Origin: Macrostomum lignano | Lineage: Eukaryota | Direction: 5' to 3' | Length of the DNA: 64,000 nucleotides | Assembly (NCBI GenBank): GCA_002269645.1 | Contig: NIVC01000528.1 | Location: 124,001-188,000, forward strand | In this document: positions 47,610 through 60,665 of the stretch, in pieces | Layout of the letters: each line of letters opens with the position of its first letter | Numbering within the stretch: the first letter of the stretch is position 1 | Notes under the pieces: model-generated | What the model saw: only the letters and a program-made list of their open reading frames with translations | The model's database searches: none | What the model was told of the DNA's origin: nothing | Position numbers and translations under genes: made by a program

Positions 47610-47889
47610 AATTTTTAAGTTAACAAAAGTCACTGTCAAGACTTTGGTAGCTTAACAATAGGATAGAAGTACAAGCCCTATAACAACTTAATGGCTTAGT
47701 GGTAGAATTCAAGAAGTCACCCCTTTATTAATAGCTATAAGTGTAAAAAATGAAATATATATCAAATTTAACATCTTAAAATTTATAAATAATGTGAATA
47801 TTACATACTACTTATAAGTGCAAAAGTATCTGCATAATCATTCTTTTGAAGTAGCTCTAATATTGGTTAGGGTCAATGAATTTGTATGA

Positions 47890-48290
47890 TTTCAATATCT
47901 TTCAATATATTGTGCTTTTTTATTGCTCAATTAATATTCATAAAGCTTTTTGTTCAAAGAACTAGGATTCTATGTTAATTTTTATTCGATGTATATTTAC
48001 ACATATCTTGTACCTAAAAACTGTTAAAATGGCAAGGCTCAGCTCTTTGGTTTTATGACTCTATATCATAATTATTAGCTGACTGTATACCAAATATTTG
48101 TAACAGAGATGATAAAATAGATTCATAAAACCAAAGGTTGGAGCTGTACCATGTATTTAATTTATAATTGTTAGCTATAGGAACTGTATGTAGAAAAAAA
48201 ATTTAACATAGAATCCTAATTCTTTGAACAAAAAACTTTTTGAATATTGATAAAACAATAAAAAGGCATAATACATCAAAAGATAAACAC
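47890..48290. mobile_element. Degenerate AT-rich foldback/MITE-like imperfect palindrome
   Basis: TTTTTGTTCAAAGAACTAGGATTCTATGTTAA (~47947) pairs with TTAACATAGAATCCTAATTCTTTGAACAAAAA (~48203); inner arms GGTTTTATGA / TCATAAAACC; ends not defined. Confidence 0.5.
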
Positions 48291-48495
48291 AATATCTGCC
48301 TTAAATCAAAAGCAAAAACAATTTTTGTGCTGAAAAAATTTTTTTTATCTCTATAATATATTTTTTCAGAAAAACCTGCCATTAAGAAGAAATGAGGTTT
48401 CTAAGAAATGAGATTTCCTATCCTACTTTAAGTTGTCCTTGTTTTGTGTCTTATAATGAGTAAAATATAAGGTGATTATAAACCAGAACTGGCAA

Positions 48496-49055
48496 ATGTG
48501 CAGGTTCCCCAACAGATATTCACCTGACAGATATTTTTTTTTCTTTGGGCAGATAACTTGAACAAAAAATGAATTCATGTTTCAGGATACATTTCTTACT
48601 CTGATGCCATATTCAGCTTTAAAAGTTTTGGTTTCAAAGTTTCAAAGTTTTGGTTTATCTTGGTTGAAGATTGTTGATCAACAAAAAGTTAGATTTATTG
48701 CTACGTCTCAATGCTTCAATAATTGCTCTGAAACTTTTATTACTTCTTGATGCATGTCTCAGCTTTGCAATGACATCTTAGACACATAATTCCCTTTAGT
48801 ATTTCCCGAGATATTTGCTTCCAAAATGTGTTTGTAAGGGGTGCCAATGAATTTGTCTTTTGATTTTTGACACACTTTGCAGTCATGCCAATTTTTTTTC
48901 TTTGGAACAGAAAATTTCTGCTTACAAATTTTTAAAGCTGAATATGGCATCAGAGTAAGGAATGTATCCTGAAACATGAAATCATTTTTTGTTTGAATTA
49001 TCTGCCCAAAGAAAAAATATCTGTCAGGTGAATATCTGTTGGGGAACCTACACAT
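48496..49055. mobile_element. 560-bp MITE with ~130-bp terminal inverted repeats and a 9-bp TSD (Mutator-like)
   Basis: ATGTG(C/T)AGGTTCCCCAACAGATATTCACCTGACAG... TIRs; AACTGGCAA duplicated at 48487-48495 and 49056-49064. Confidence 0.8.
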
Positions 49056-50071
49056 AACTGGCAAAATAGGTTATTGTAAAGTAAACTGAAGGATTGCCTA
49101 AGATAGCTTTGCTCTATACCTCTATATGCAATCTAAACCTTTTTTGTTTTGGGCTAGGCCTACAAACATCAAAATATTGATTCTTTCTTTTGATTTATTT
49201 TTTGGTCATTTTATATCTAATCTATTTAGTTTTTTATATTTATAGGGGGTAGGGGCCTAATTATTATTTAATAATTAATATTATTGTTCATTTCTTTTCT
49301 GTTTTTTTTATATATCTTCAAAAATGGCACTTGGTTGATGGCTATCTAAGATACCTACTATGGCCACATTGTAACTTGCTAGATTGGCCAAGTTGGTAGG
49401 TAGGGACATGAATGCTAATAGAATTTTTTAATGTTTAGCTCAAATATTATTAGCAGCAAAATAAAAAAGACTAGGCCTAGCTTTGGTATATAGTCATAGT
49501 CATTTTGTCTATTACCTTTTGTCTACCAATAGGCAATAGTGAAAACAATTTTCCAAAAAAAATAAAAATATACTTAATGTAGTAACATGTAGACATTGTT
49601 TTTGTTAGAATCAGCCCTGTTTTTTTAGTTTCTAGCTTACTCTTAGCTAAGGAACTTGGAATTGTTGATGATAGGATGGTTAGTTTGTTTATCTAAGCTA
49701 AATAATTAGATTTCGCATGATGTATCATTCAGTAACATTGACATACCAATTAATTTAGCTTGTTAGGTTCGCTAATCGCAAAGTTTCTTCTTGGATTTGC
49801 GTAGTTCAAAAACAGTTGATAAATAAAACAAAGTTTCCTTTATAAATAAACTTTTTAGGTTAAAAAAGTAAATAAGTCTGTTTTAAATATAGAAAAACAG
49901 TTTTGACAAAGTAATAATCATTCTTTTATTCTTTTATTATTAATTTACACTGTTGCTGTAGCAATTTGGTTTATAACAAGAAATTTGATTTTGAATTTCG
50001 GAAATAATTCTGGAAAAGATCTGATTTAATTACCCAAAACATTTTGTCGCCTCAATTGGACTACACCAAAA

Positions 50072-50940
50072 ATGTCGAAAGCTGCTAATACTCTAGTGAC
50101 GACCAACAATGCAACGTACATTGATCCGCGATTTATGCCTGGGTAAGTTATCGCGCATCTTTTGCTTTTTGTCCTACTTGAACCAGAAATACTGCAAACT
50201 AAGACAAATAATAGAACATTGTAATAAACTGTGGTAATGTAGCTCGCTTTCATAAACTTGTAAAGCTTAAAAATCTTGATTTCCTACTAGATCTGTTGTC
50301 TTGTCTAACATGTCTGATCTGGACACACATATTTTACATGCATGATACACACATTACATTACACCTTTAAGTTTTGCAGTCTTCGCTTGACTTGTACAGT
50401 AAAAATTCGCGAAGTCATTGATTCGAATCGCAAATCAAAATTTTCCTCGTAGATACCGAGGCCACGTTCCCGCAATGAAGTTTGACTACGGGGAAACCTA
50501 CGGAAATCACACTGCGAAGTACTTCCAGGACTACCGTTCGGAGGTGCTGAACAGCAGCAAGACGCCGTATGCCGACCGTGGCGGCGTGTTCCCTACATTT
50601 TACTCGCACAATCCTGAGACCGTCATCGGCAACAGGTCGCGAACCCGGGACCGCTACCTGGACAGGGCTCACTATGAGCTTCACAATCGGGACTTCGATC
50701 GTACTCAAGAGCTCAAACGTTTCTCTGCAGTGAGTTTATTTCCTGGATAACAGTCAATTATTCCAGGTTAGGAACATTGAGGCTCATAAAACATGGAGCT
50801 TCTTCTTTCACTCAATTGCACAGCTGTCGGACAGTCACCGAGAGTACTACAAGGACAAGACTGGAACTCTGAAGCCGGTGTCGGAATTCCAGTTGCCCTC
50901 GAGCAACGAGCAAGTTGTTGAGGAACGCCTTGGCTACTGA
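50072..50940 (+). CDS. FAM166C: FAM166C/C2orf70 (ciliary microtubule inner protein 2C)-like, 154 aa; exons 50072-50142, 50453-50729, 50824-50940
   Basis: Spliced product [30 protein letters not shown]...KYFQDYR...FPTFYS...TRDRYL...YYKDKTG follows the FAM166C pattern; phases 2 and 0 are consistent. Confidence 0.85.
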
Positions 50941-51304
50941 GGCTTTTGTTTGTCCCGCATGAGCTCGACTCACTGAGCTTCGGCGCTTAATAATCTTTCC
51001 TAAAAATGAAACTGCTAAGATTTAACTTTTACTCTGTGCACAGTACCCGTTTTGCGATGTTCTATTTTCATTAAACTTGTCACGCGTGACTTCTAAATAT
51101 AACTGATAGATACAGCAGCCAGTAAAACGCAGGAGGCGCATTGGCTTCTAAAAACTACGTATAAAGTTTGAAGTTTAAAGTTCGTGCCATCTATAAATTA
51201 CTTAAATTTAAATACGCAAGCGACAAAGCTCTCAAAGGTTCAGTAGCTACACCCAACCTGCTACAAAAAGAAGCGTCCCCCAGCTTTCTCCGGCATTCAA
51301 AAAT

Positions 51305-52385
51305 TCCCCTGCATCCACAGCTTCCTCCTGCATCCTCAGCTTTCTCCTGTATCCACTTCCTCCTGCATCCTCAGCTTTCTCCTGTATCCACTTCCTCCTG
51401 CATCCTCAGCTTTCTCCTGTATCCACTTCCTCCTGCATCCTCAGCTTCCTCCTGTATCCACTTCCTCCTGCATCCTCAGCTTCCTCCACTTCCTCCTGCA
51501 TCCACAGCTTCCTCCTGCATCCACAAATTCCTCCTGCATCCACAGCTTCCTCCTGCATCCACAGCTTCCTCCTGCATCCACAACTTCCTCCTGCATCCTC
51601 AGCTTCCTCCTGCATCTAAAACTTCCTCCTGCATCCTCAGCTTCTTCCTGCATCCTCAGCTTCCTCTTGAATCCACAGCTTCCTTCTGCATCCACAACCA
51701 GCTCTTGCATCTATACAGCCTGCTTGCATCTATACAGCATCATGCATCTATACAGATGAAGAGATACAGCTCTTGTATCTATACATCTATACATGCTTTC
51801 CTGCATCCACAGCTTCCTTCTGCATTGACAGCTTCCTCCTGCATCCTCGGCTTCCTCCTGCATCCTCAGCTTCCTTCTGCATCCACAACCTTTCTCTTGC
51901 ATCCACAGCTTCCTTCTGCATCCACAAATTCCTCCTGCATCCACAGCTTCCTTCTGCATCCACAAATTCCTCCTGCATCCACAGCTTCCTCCTGCATCCA
52001 CAAATTCCTCCTGCATCCACAGCTTCCTTCTGCATCCACAACCTTTCTCTTGCATCCACAGCTTCCTTCTGCATCCACAAATTCCTCCTGCATCCACAGC
52101 TTCCTTCTGCATCCACAAATTCCTCCTGCATCCACAGCTTCCTCCTGCATCCACAAATTCCTCCTGCATCCACAGCTTCCTTCTGCATCCACAACCTTTC
52201 TCTTGCATCCACAGCTTCCTCCTGCATCCACAAATTCCTCTTGCATCCACAGCTTCCTCCTGCATTCACAAATTCCTCCTGCATCCACAGCTTCCTCCTG
52301 CATCCACAAATTCCTCCTGCATCCTCGGCTTCCTCCTGCATCCTCGGCTTCCTCCTGCATCCTCAGCTTCCTTCTGCATCCAAAA
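51305..52385. repeat. ~19-bp degenerate minisatellite (CTTCCTCCTGCATCCACAG) with higher-order structure
   Basis: Tandem periodicity. Confidence 0.93.
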
Positions 52386-53084
52386 CCTGCTGCTGCATTC
52401 TGAATTCAAGCTGTTTCCGTTCGCTATCGGGCTACACACTTTAAAGCGAAACTAACCCCGCATAACCTCTCCAGTTTAGTGTCGATATTTACGAAAGATG
52501 CATAATTTTTTAAATATTTTAAAGTCTCTCTCAGCATGTTGAATCGGTTTGCACTTTTTTCATTTAATAGAGCAGATGAGCAGGGAGCTGAAGCTGAAAT
52601 TTCATCTCATTTGAACATTCCTGTCGTTTGTCACAAACGCAGTAAAAACAGTCCGAATTGAACTGTTGCAACAAACCTGCATATTGTATCCGAAGTCCAA
52701 CTAACAAATCTATGCGGTTAAGAGCAGCTCATACAGATGCTGAAATTCAAATGTATTTAATACTGAAGAGTGCACTGCAACAGACAGCGAATTTCTATCA
52801 CAAGATACGTCTATAGCTAATGTTAATCAGCCAGGAAACTGAAGTTTGAGAACTGGATTGATTAGTGAATTGCTTGCGCACTCTAACTGTACTATTTATT
52901 GATAGTACTGCAAGTATTACAAAGCTATAGTACGCAAGTTTTCACTAATTATGCAGATTACATGTAGTATTTCTAGCTAGCATTCATGCGGCACAAGTTC
53001 ACTTTGTACATGCAGACCAGGGGCTGCAGAAGATGCCTCTCGATGGTTGCGGCTGGCAGCCTTTAGAAATGCAGCTCCGCTGAG

Positions 53085-53808
53085 CTACTGCAGCAAGCCG
53101 GTCCAGCCGCTGCAGTGGCAGCCCTGCCGCCTCATCGCGTCCAGCTCAGCGCGCAGCCGAGCGGCCAGTCGGCCGAGCTCGCCGTTCCGCTTGCGCAGCT
53201 CCCCGGCGCGCTCGTCCAGGCAGCGCAGTCGCTCGAGTTTGCGCTCGCGGCACCGGCGCGCGGCGTCGCGATTGCGACGTCGTTTTCGCTCCAGCCGCGA
53301 GGTGGCCGCGCCTGTGGAGCAGCTGGCCTGGGTTGCCATCGAGCTCAGCTGGAGCTGCTTGTCCGATGAGTCGGCCATCCAGTCCTCGTCAGCGTCGTCG
53401 GTTTCGGCGGGTTCCTCCAGCTCCTGGTCAGCGCCGGCGGTCGGTAGCATCACCTCTGAGGACATCAGATGCTGCAGCTTCTCTTCAAAGTTCCTTAAAT
53501 AACAGTTCGAATAAAATAGTATACAAAATTGATTGATAAGCATCTCGGACATTCACGCCTCAGAGACAAATTATGCTAGCTCTCGCTTACGTGACAAAGT
53601 CCCTCTGCTCCTCGGTGACGAAACTCGGATTCAGGAAGCTGGTGGGGGTGAGCAGCAGCTCGGCCGTGGAGGCGGCCATCGACAGCCCGCCAGTTGGCGA
53701 CAGAAAGCCAAGGCTGGCCAGCAGGTCGGGAGTTGCGGCGCTTGCCGACTGCTGCTGCGGCTGCGACGGCTGCAGAGGCAGCGTCATGGAGCACTTCAGG
53801 CTGTGCAT
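53085..53808 (-). CDS. jun: Jun-family bZIP transcription factor, ~208 aa; exons 53808-53591 and 53493-53085
   Basis: TPTSFLNPSFVTEEQRDFVTNFEEKLQHL matches the Jun N-terminal domain; bZIP RLERKRRRNRDAARRCRERKLERL with a Leu heptad; phase-2 GT-AG intron. Confidence 0.85.
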
Positions 53809-53916
53809 TCTGGCAGGATTCTTGAGAGAGCGAATATTTCACAGGCAAAGCGGTTGCAGCTGCGCTGTTCACAAGTGCTTCGGTTAGTCTGACCAAGTCC
53901 CACACTGGCCTGAGCG

Positions 53917-54129
53917 CTATTTATGCTGGCGAGAGTGTGTCACCGAGCTATTTTTAGATAACTTCGCCATTGGCAAGCCACCCCCAGTTGGGAGTGTACG
54001 CTGAGAAAGCACTGCCCTCTCTGCCCTCTCTGTCCGTATCCAATAGCAACCGATATCGACCGTCGCCAGCCCTGTGCCCAAAAATGCGCCACGTACAATT
54101 GCCGCCTGACTACCCAGGGCTATTTTTAG
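53917..54129 (-). promoter_or_regulatory. jun promoter: TATA-like CATAAATAG (53925-53917) and two perfect MEF2 sites CTATTTTTAG (53948-53957, 54120-54129)
   Basis: Motifs read directly; they match the MEF2 consensus CTA(A/T)4TAG. Confidence 0.6.
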
Positions 54130-56570
54130 CATCTGGCTCAGTTTCCCAACTTGGATCGGGATTGACAGAAAATGCCTTCCCATGTTCAGCGCGTCCGCTG
54201 ATTCCGTATTGCTATTGCTATGGCAAACAGTGCAGAGCTGTCTTGGGAAATCTATTTTTGTAGCCATTGCCTTCTGCAGTGCTTCTACGTATTAACTGGA
54301 ACCTTTGATACAGAGAATTCAAAAGCGAGAGGATTCTCGCTATTGTTGAATGCTTATTTTTCCAAGTCAAATGAAGATTCTGCCGCAATTTGCATTCGCT
54401 ACTGATTCAAGTAGTAAAATATTATTAGTCAACAGATTTTCGTCGCAAATTTGATGGATCCAAGAAATTGAAATTGGTTGTGCATTTCCTGTGCTGAAAT
54501 AACCCCAGGCCCTTGTGTCAAAAATTGGATATGGAACTTACCGGACGAGACTTCTTCAATTTTAGGTTGATAAATTTGTTGGTGCTGATTTCACGTTTAA
54601 GCTTCATTATTATTATGTAGCTTCAATGTGTAGCTTAAAGCTAACCACCGAGGCGCGAGGAATGGGGGGTTTTAGGGTGGGGCGCTTCTGTGTGCGTGCG
54701 ACAATGTCGCTTAAAATGAATCTGGGTGAACACCGCCTCAAATAAAAAATAAATGACTAGAACTAGAAGTTCTAGGCTTTGAGTTCTCGTGGCTAAAGTG
54801 TTTCTGGAACGATTTCTGCAATGATCTCGCGGAACAGTTTGGTATATTTAAACAGCGATAGTTGGCTAGTAGCGGTAAATTGAGTACTAAATTATCCAAA
54901 CGAAATGTTGAATGAAAAAAAATCTATTTACAGTGCATAACGATTAAAAATAACAGAATACTGAAGTTTACAGATATTTGGACAATTGTCGAACTCACTG
55001 GGTATGAAAGAAAAAAGTCAATGGCGAAAAATGATTGCTGATTCACTGGATTGCACTTGAAATTCATGCTGATATTCCAAATATAAATCGAATACACGCC
55101 AAGGTCTGCACAGACGAGTGCAAGTAGAGGGCATTCACCATGTCGTGAAAGTATGACTGAATCGAGATGATTTGGAAGCGATGGCGAACTCCATTCAGCG
55201 AAAGCTAGGATTTTCACAAGGTAGTCGTAAGGTTTCGTTACTTATACTGTAGCTGTAAAAGTCATTATCTAGAGAGAAGTTTAAGCCAACGCAGTGTTGA
55301 AACCACCGTCGAGAGTCGAGGGTTGTGGGTACCACAATCAGCAGGAATCCAGCACATGCAAGCGCACGGATACTGCGCACAGGCATACACAGCACACACT
55401 CATACACACACTCACACAGGCTGTACAGAGGCCCTGACTTCTTACCGTCAGACATTGCATGTACACTCTGTGCATTGGGGCTGGCCTTCATGTGTGTGCC
55501 TCCCTCGACAACCCTCGGCCAATTTCCATGCCCTACAGTAATGGGAACGGGCACTGAATCCAACCAGAGGTCGTGGAGAATTGATTTTACGCTTGCTATT
55601 GCAAAGCACCGGCTCACATAGGTGGGTCTCAAATTGGCTCAACTCCATCAAAAAAGAACTTTAAGAAGAGTTTCTTGTGTTGAAAAAAGCTCTTTAGTAT
55701 TCGACAACGAATCACGCGAGAAAATAGCTGCCCGAACCGGGGCCCCCAATGAGAACCGAGAGAAGAGGCAGTAGTACAATGGCTATGCATACTTCAGACT
55801 CGTACTTCAATGACGTCAATGGATGGTTAGCCGTCCGACTGCTGCAGGTGGCCTCGTCAAGCCAGTACGCTGAAGTGGTAACGATGTAGTGTGCTGAGGT
55901 TACTTGCTAGCTGAGCCTAGCGGCACTTTAGTAAGCCAGTCCAATCTCATATGCGTGCGGAATGGGGGCGAGACTATGGATAACAGTATAGAGCCAGCCT
56001 GTCTTTCACGCAGCTTGCTGCCGCCTCATTGTCAGCTTATGCCCCAGGCAAGCAATCCTTGTGGTACCACCAGCCTTTTATTACTTTTTTAAGCCCATCG
56101 TCTTGTGTATTCCGTCGCCTGTCTTCAGCCTCGGTTTCTCTGCGAATTCTCTTAACTCATTCCCCTATTTGTGTTTTTCTTCTCTGGAGCATTTCTTCAT
56201 TTCTGTGGGGTATTTAAATCTGTTTGTTTGCTCCAAAAGTAGTCAGGTGATCTGAGTGTGGGTGTGTTGAGGGTCTGCCAGCCAGCCATTTCTTTTGCTA
56301 GCAGTTTGTCTATTCCAGCTACTGACTAGCTTGCGTCCTTTCAGCTAATGTTTCACACTGGTTTAACTGCTTTAGAGTGCGTGCTGCATGTTATGCTAAT
56401 TTTCAATTCTGAAAGAACATGGTGAGCCACTTGTTGAGAAAGCGGCTTGGTACTTCACTGGTGGGAGCTCGATCGCTGCGCCAAACGAATGCTTATTCAA
56501 TTAGAAATTTCGCACAAAGCTGAGCTAGTAATTTTTCGCCCAGAATAATTTATAAACTAAACTCACCGAT

Positions 56571-58896
56571 TCAAACGGAAACAATGGTGGTGTCAGTTTG
56601 CACACTCTTCAGCTTCTCTAGCTCGCTGCCGTCATCCAGTTTCACTGACTGTCTTCTGTAGCGCCAGAAAAGACAGCACAGACAGATGGAAGCTGGAAAA
56701 ATCAGCACAAAAATTAGGCACAGGGTTGGAAGCATCCATTGCTTGTCCATTGCTGCTTGAGTAGTCCAAGCTCCATCAGCGTCTTCTGTCGGAGCCAGTG
56801 TAACAATTGTTTCTTTAGCAATGCTTTGTTGTTCCTTGACCGTGTATTCTGCAGTTGGTGCTTGTGTGGCAGCCACAGCCGTTGCAGTTCCCGCCTGGCA
56901 CCGGGTCTGCTGCGAATCCGGCAGTTGCACCAGCCGATGCCGCCAATCGCACAGACACTCCGCTCCGCTGCTGTTGTGCCACACTGGCAGGCAGATCTGA
57001 TCGCACGCGCACGAGGCCAGTCGCGCTGATCTGTCTGACTCTTCAGTCATGTTAACTGACACTGCGGCGAACATTGTCACCACCAGTCCAGGAAATTCGA
57101 CAAAAGAGAGGCTACTAATGTCGGTGGGGCCTGACGAAGTTGGAAGCTTGCGTACGGACCAGACAGCATCAGCTGCAATCGCCGCCAGGTACAACCCGCT
57201 GTCTTCGACAACGAGGCGAGCGGTTTCAATGCCCGGATGTCTGTCCGGCCAGGCGAAATGCTGCCTCACGTCGCCACCGTCTTCCAGGCGGATGCTGAAA
57301 ACCCCCATCCGTCCGGCGTCGGTCCAGTAGAGGCGATGAGGCCGCCTGATTGAATCGAAGACAAAGCGGACCGGCCTCCCAACCAGCTCGGAACCCAGCA
57401 GCAGTCGCAACTCGCGACCATCCATGCTCAGCCGATAAATTCCAGGTGAAGGGCCGCAGGAGAGGGCTAAAAATAGAAAGGCGGCCTCCGGATGAACCAG
57501 CAGACCGCGCGGACAGTCCAGCAACCGCAGGGTGGCCCGCCAGCCCTCATCGACCGCAATGACCCCCACGGATTCGTCGATTGCTGAGGTGTAGAACAGA
57601 AGTCGGCGCGTAGAGTCATAAGCAGATTCAAAGATTTCGAGTCCGTCGCCAAGGTTGACATCCAGGACCTCCTGGGTAAAGCTGAGTATTCCGGAGGCTG
57701 TGAGCCAACGGATGCTTCTCAAGTGGCCCAAGCGCTCATCGAACAGAAAGGCTCGACCCGTGGATTCGTCGATGGCTAGCATCGTCCCGGTAAAATTGGA
57801 GGACCGTTTAGTGCTAATAGAGAGATTTTTTCCGTTTGGTGAGGCAATGAGATACAGAGACTGTTGTCCAGATGTTCTGTCGATCGTGGCCACAGCAATT
57901 CGAGCTGCTGAATTGGGCTGCTCTTCAGCTGTAGTTTTGCGATCGGATACTGTAGTCGACTCAGGCTGTTTCGTTGGCTTTGCAGTCTTAATTATGCTGC
58001 TGTCATCGTCATTGAAGGCGTCCGGACAGTCTCGCTCGTCTGAGCCATCAGCGCAGTCAGCGAAACCGTCGCAAAGATGCTCAAGGCTGGAGCATTCGGC
58101 CGAGCTGTTAGCAGAGACAGGTGCGCCGGTGGGGCAGTCGGTCTCATCCGAGCGATCGTCCAGACCCGGCCGTCGGCAATCGTAGAAGCCGTCGCAGCGC
58201 CGCGTCGCGGGCAAACAGTGGCCAGGCGATCGGCAGGCAAAGAGGCCTGGTGGACAAGGCGCCCGAGACTGGCACAGCTGCGGGGATTCGTCATCGCCCA
58301 ATGGGCAGTGGAGCCTGCCGTCGCAGAGAAGATGGTCGGCCAGACAGATCGGCTGCTGAGGAGGTCGGTCGGGGCGACTCTCGCACTGGAATAATCCCGC
58401 GGAGCAGTTCCTCCCTGTAGATTCGATGCCAGAAAGGTGAAGCAGTTAGCGATGAGAAGCGTTGAATCCTTCAGTTAAAGAAAGAAAACTACTCGAAAGC
58501 TCACGTGAGTGCAGACAGTTGAGCAGCGCATCGTTGGCGCAGTGGATTTTGCAGCGCAATGCCACGGAAAGGCAGGTGATCGCGCCGGTGTCGATATCGA
58601 CGCACTGGAAAAAGCCAGTGCTCAGCTTGCAGTAGGGCGGCAAGTCTGGGGATGGTCGGTCATTAAAATTGCAGCTAGTAGCAGCTGGAAACATTGGAAC
58701 TATCAGATAATTAACGTTACACACAACTCCTCTTACCTTTGAATTCAGACTCACTCAGTGAAAAAGTTGGCACCTGCACTGCGCCGACACGCGAACTCAG
58801 TCTGGATGACGTCATCAATGCAGACAGTACAAAGCTGATTGGCAAAATTCTGAAGATAGTTTTAGTGAAGAAAGCATGGCTGCTTCTACAAGCCAT
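56571..58896 (-). CDS. LDL-receptor-family type I membrane protein, ~727 aa (signal peptide, LDLa repeats, YWTD beta-propeller, EGF, TM, short tail); exons 58896-58737, 58684-58505, 58414-56571
   Basis: LDLa motifs (CDGRLHCPLGDDE, CDGFYDC...DETDC, CDGFADCADGSDE), LYWTD, CACDQICLP...CLC EGF, TM segment; two phase-1 GT-AG introns; exon 1 is the least certain. Confidence 0.82.
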
Positions 58897-59397
58897 ATAT
58901 GCTCACAGATTTCTTGTTGTTTTCACTTCAGCTTCGCCGAAAAATACCGAATGAGTGAATGGCATTCATTCGTCACTGTCGACTGCAAAACTCTGTCGGA
59001 CTGACTCTCGCTCTGTCTCTGTGCGTTAAATATTTGGGGCTTGAGGCCGAAACTTCACATGGACGCGGGGGATGTACGAGTATCTAGCCGCAGGTGCAGC
59101 TCAACCGCTAACTGAATTTGGTTGGTCGAGAAAACTTTTTTTACTTTTAAAGTTTTAAAAATTTTAAAAACTTTTAGCCCGTACTACTGCTAGAAGTAGT
59201 CACTGGGCTGGCTACGACATCTTCATAGTTTGTCATTACTGCATGAAAGTTCGTGTCTTGACCGATGAAACCTGTCTCTCGGATTCTAGTTGGGTTGTTT
59301 TTCAAATGAAAGCAAAAAAATATTTGGTGGGGCCGAATCGCACGCGTGACATTGGGGCGCGCAGAGTTTTGCTGGCGCTTCAAGCTTTTTTGATCCA

Positions 59398-59941
59398 GCT
59401 ATCAAGCTATCAAGCTATCAAGTTATCAAGCTATCAAGCTATCAAGCTATCAAGCTATCAAGCTATCAAGTTATCAAGCTATCAAGCTATCAAGCTATCA
59501 AGCTATCAAGCTATCAAGCTATCAAGCTATCAAGCTATCAAGCTATCCAGCTATCAAGCTATCAAGCTATCAAGCTATCAAGCTATCAAGCTATCAAGCT
59601 ACCAAGCTATCAAGCTATCAAGCTTTCAAGCTACCAAGCTATCAAGCTACCAAGCTATCAAGCTATCAAGCTATCAAGCTATCAAGCTATCAAGGTATCA
59701 AGGTATCAAGCTATCAAGCTATCAAGCTATCAAGCTATCAAGCTATCAAGCTATCAAGCTATCAAGCTATCAAGCTATCAAGCTATCAAGCTATCAAGCT
59801 ACCAAGCTATCAAGCTACCAAGCTATCAAGCTATCAAGCTATCAAGCTATCAAGCTATCAAGCTATCAAGCTACCAAGCTATCAAGCTATCAAGCTATCA
59901 AGCTATCAAGCTATCAAGCTATCAAGCTATCAAGCTATCAA
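59398..59941. repeat. 8-bp microsatellite (AAGCTATC)n
   Basis: Tandem periodicity; ORF 59243-59986 is an artefact. Confidence 0.97.
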
Positions 59942-60665
59942 GGAGTCAGGGAGTCAAGCAGTCAAGGCTGTTTCAGTGACCGCTGAACGGACTCGGCGCT
60001 GGTCTTTGCATCTGATTTCTGTTGGCTCATTTTGTAGCGCATGTCATTAAACATGCTATATTCAAAATACGCCTCACTTAAATATAAGCCTGACCCATTT
60101 TAACAAAACAACAAGACGGTGGCTCACATTGAAGCGGGATACTACAGTATGCGGCTCAATAGTAAACCACAAGCATTATTCTCGCTCTGATCTTCAATTC
60201 TGTCTGCCCGAGCTTCTCTCACTCTTTCCCTTCGCAGTCGCACAATGAACTTCACCCTGAGCACGTTCGAAGCGCAGCTCTGCCCCGACTGAGGACGGCT
60301 AACTTGAGCCTCGCCCCCAGTGACCACACGGCTGTGCGGACCGAAGGGCATTTTCAGAAGCAGGGCATTAAACTGCTTTGCTCTTTCTTTGCATTTACTC
60401 TTGAGGCAGGCATTGTCAAGCGATTGTTGTCCAGCGCCCAACCTCGCCGCCCATAATTCCTTGCGCTGGCACTCAAGGCGTACGCAGGAGCAATTATTGT
60501 TCGTCTCCGACCAGCTCAAACAGAGCGGAGGCCAATGGAAACGGGGAAAGGAAACGCAGGTTGAGCCTTCGCCCCTCAAAAGCTCAATATATATTTCTTT
60601 CTCAACAGAAATGCTTCACTTTTTTATTTCAACAATTTAAGCACAGCTCTGTTTGAGTCTTCAGG

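Noticed and set aside
55195-56260. Several 60-145-aa ORFs between jun and the LDLR-like gene
   Set aside because: No motifs, no codon bias and overlapping on both strands; a lone TGACGTCA at 55811 is insufficient evidence
39976-58896. Functional clustering of SNX17 with an LDLR-family gene
   Set aside because: The receptor lacks the NPxY motif SNX17 binds, and several unrelated genes lie between; proximity is probably chance
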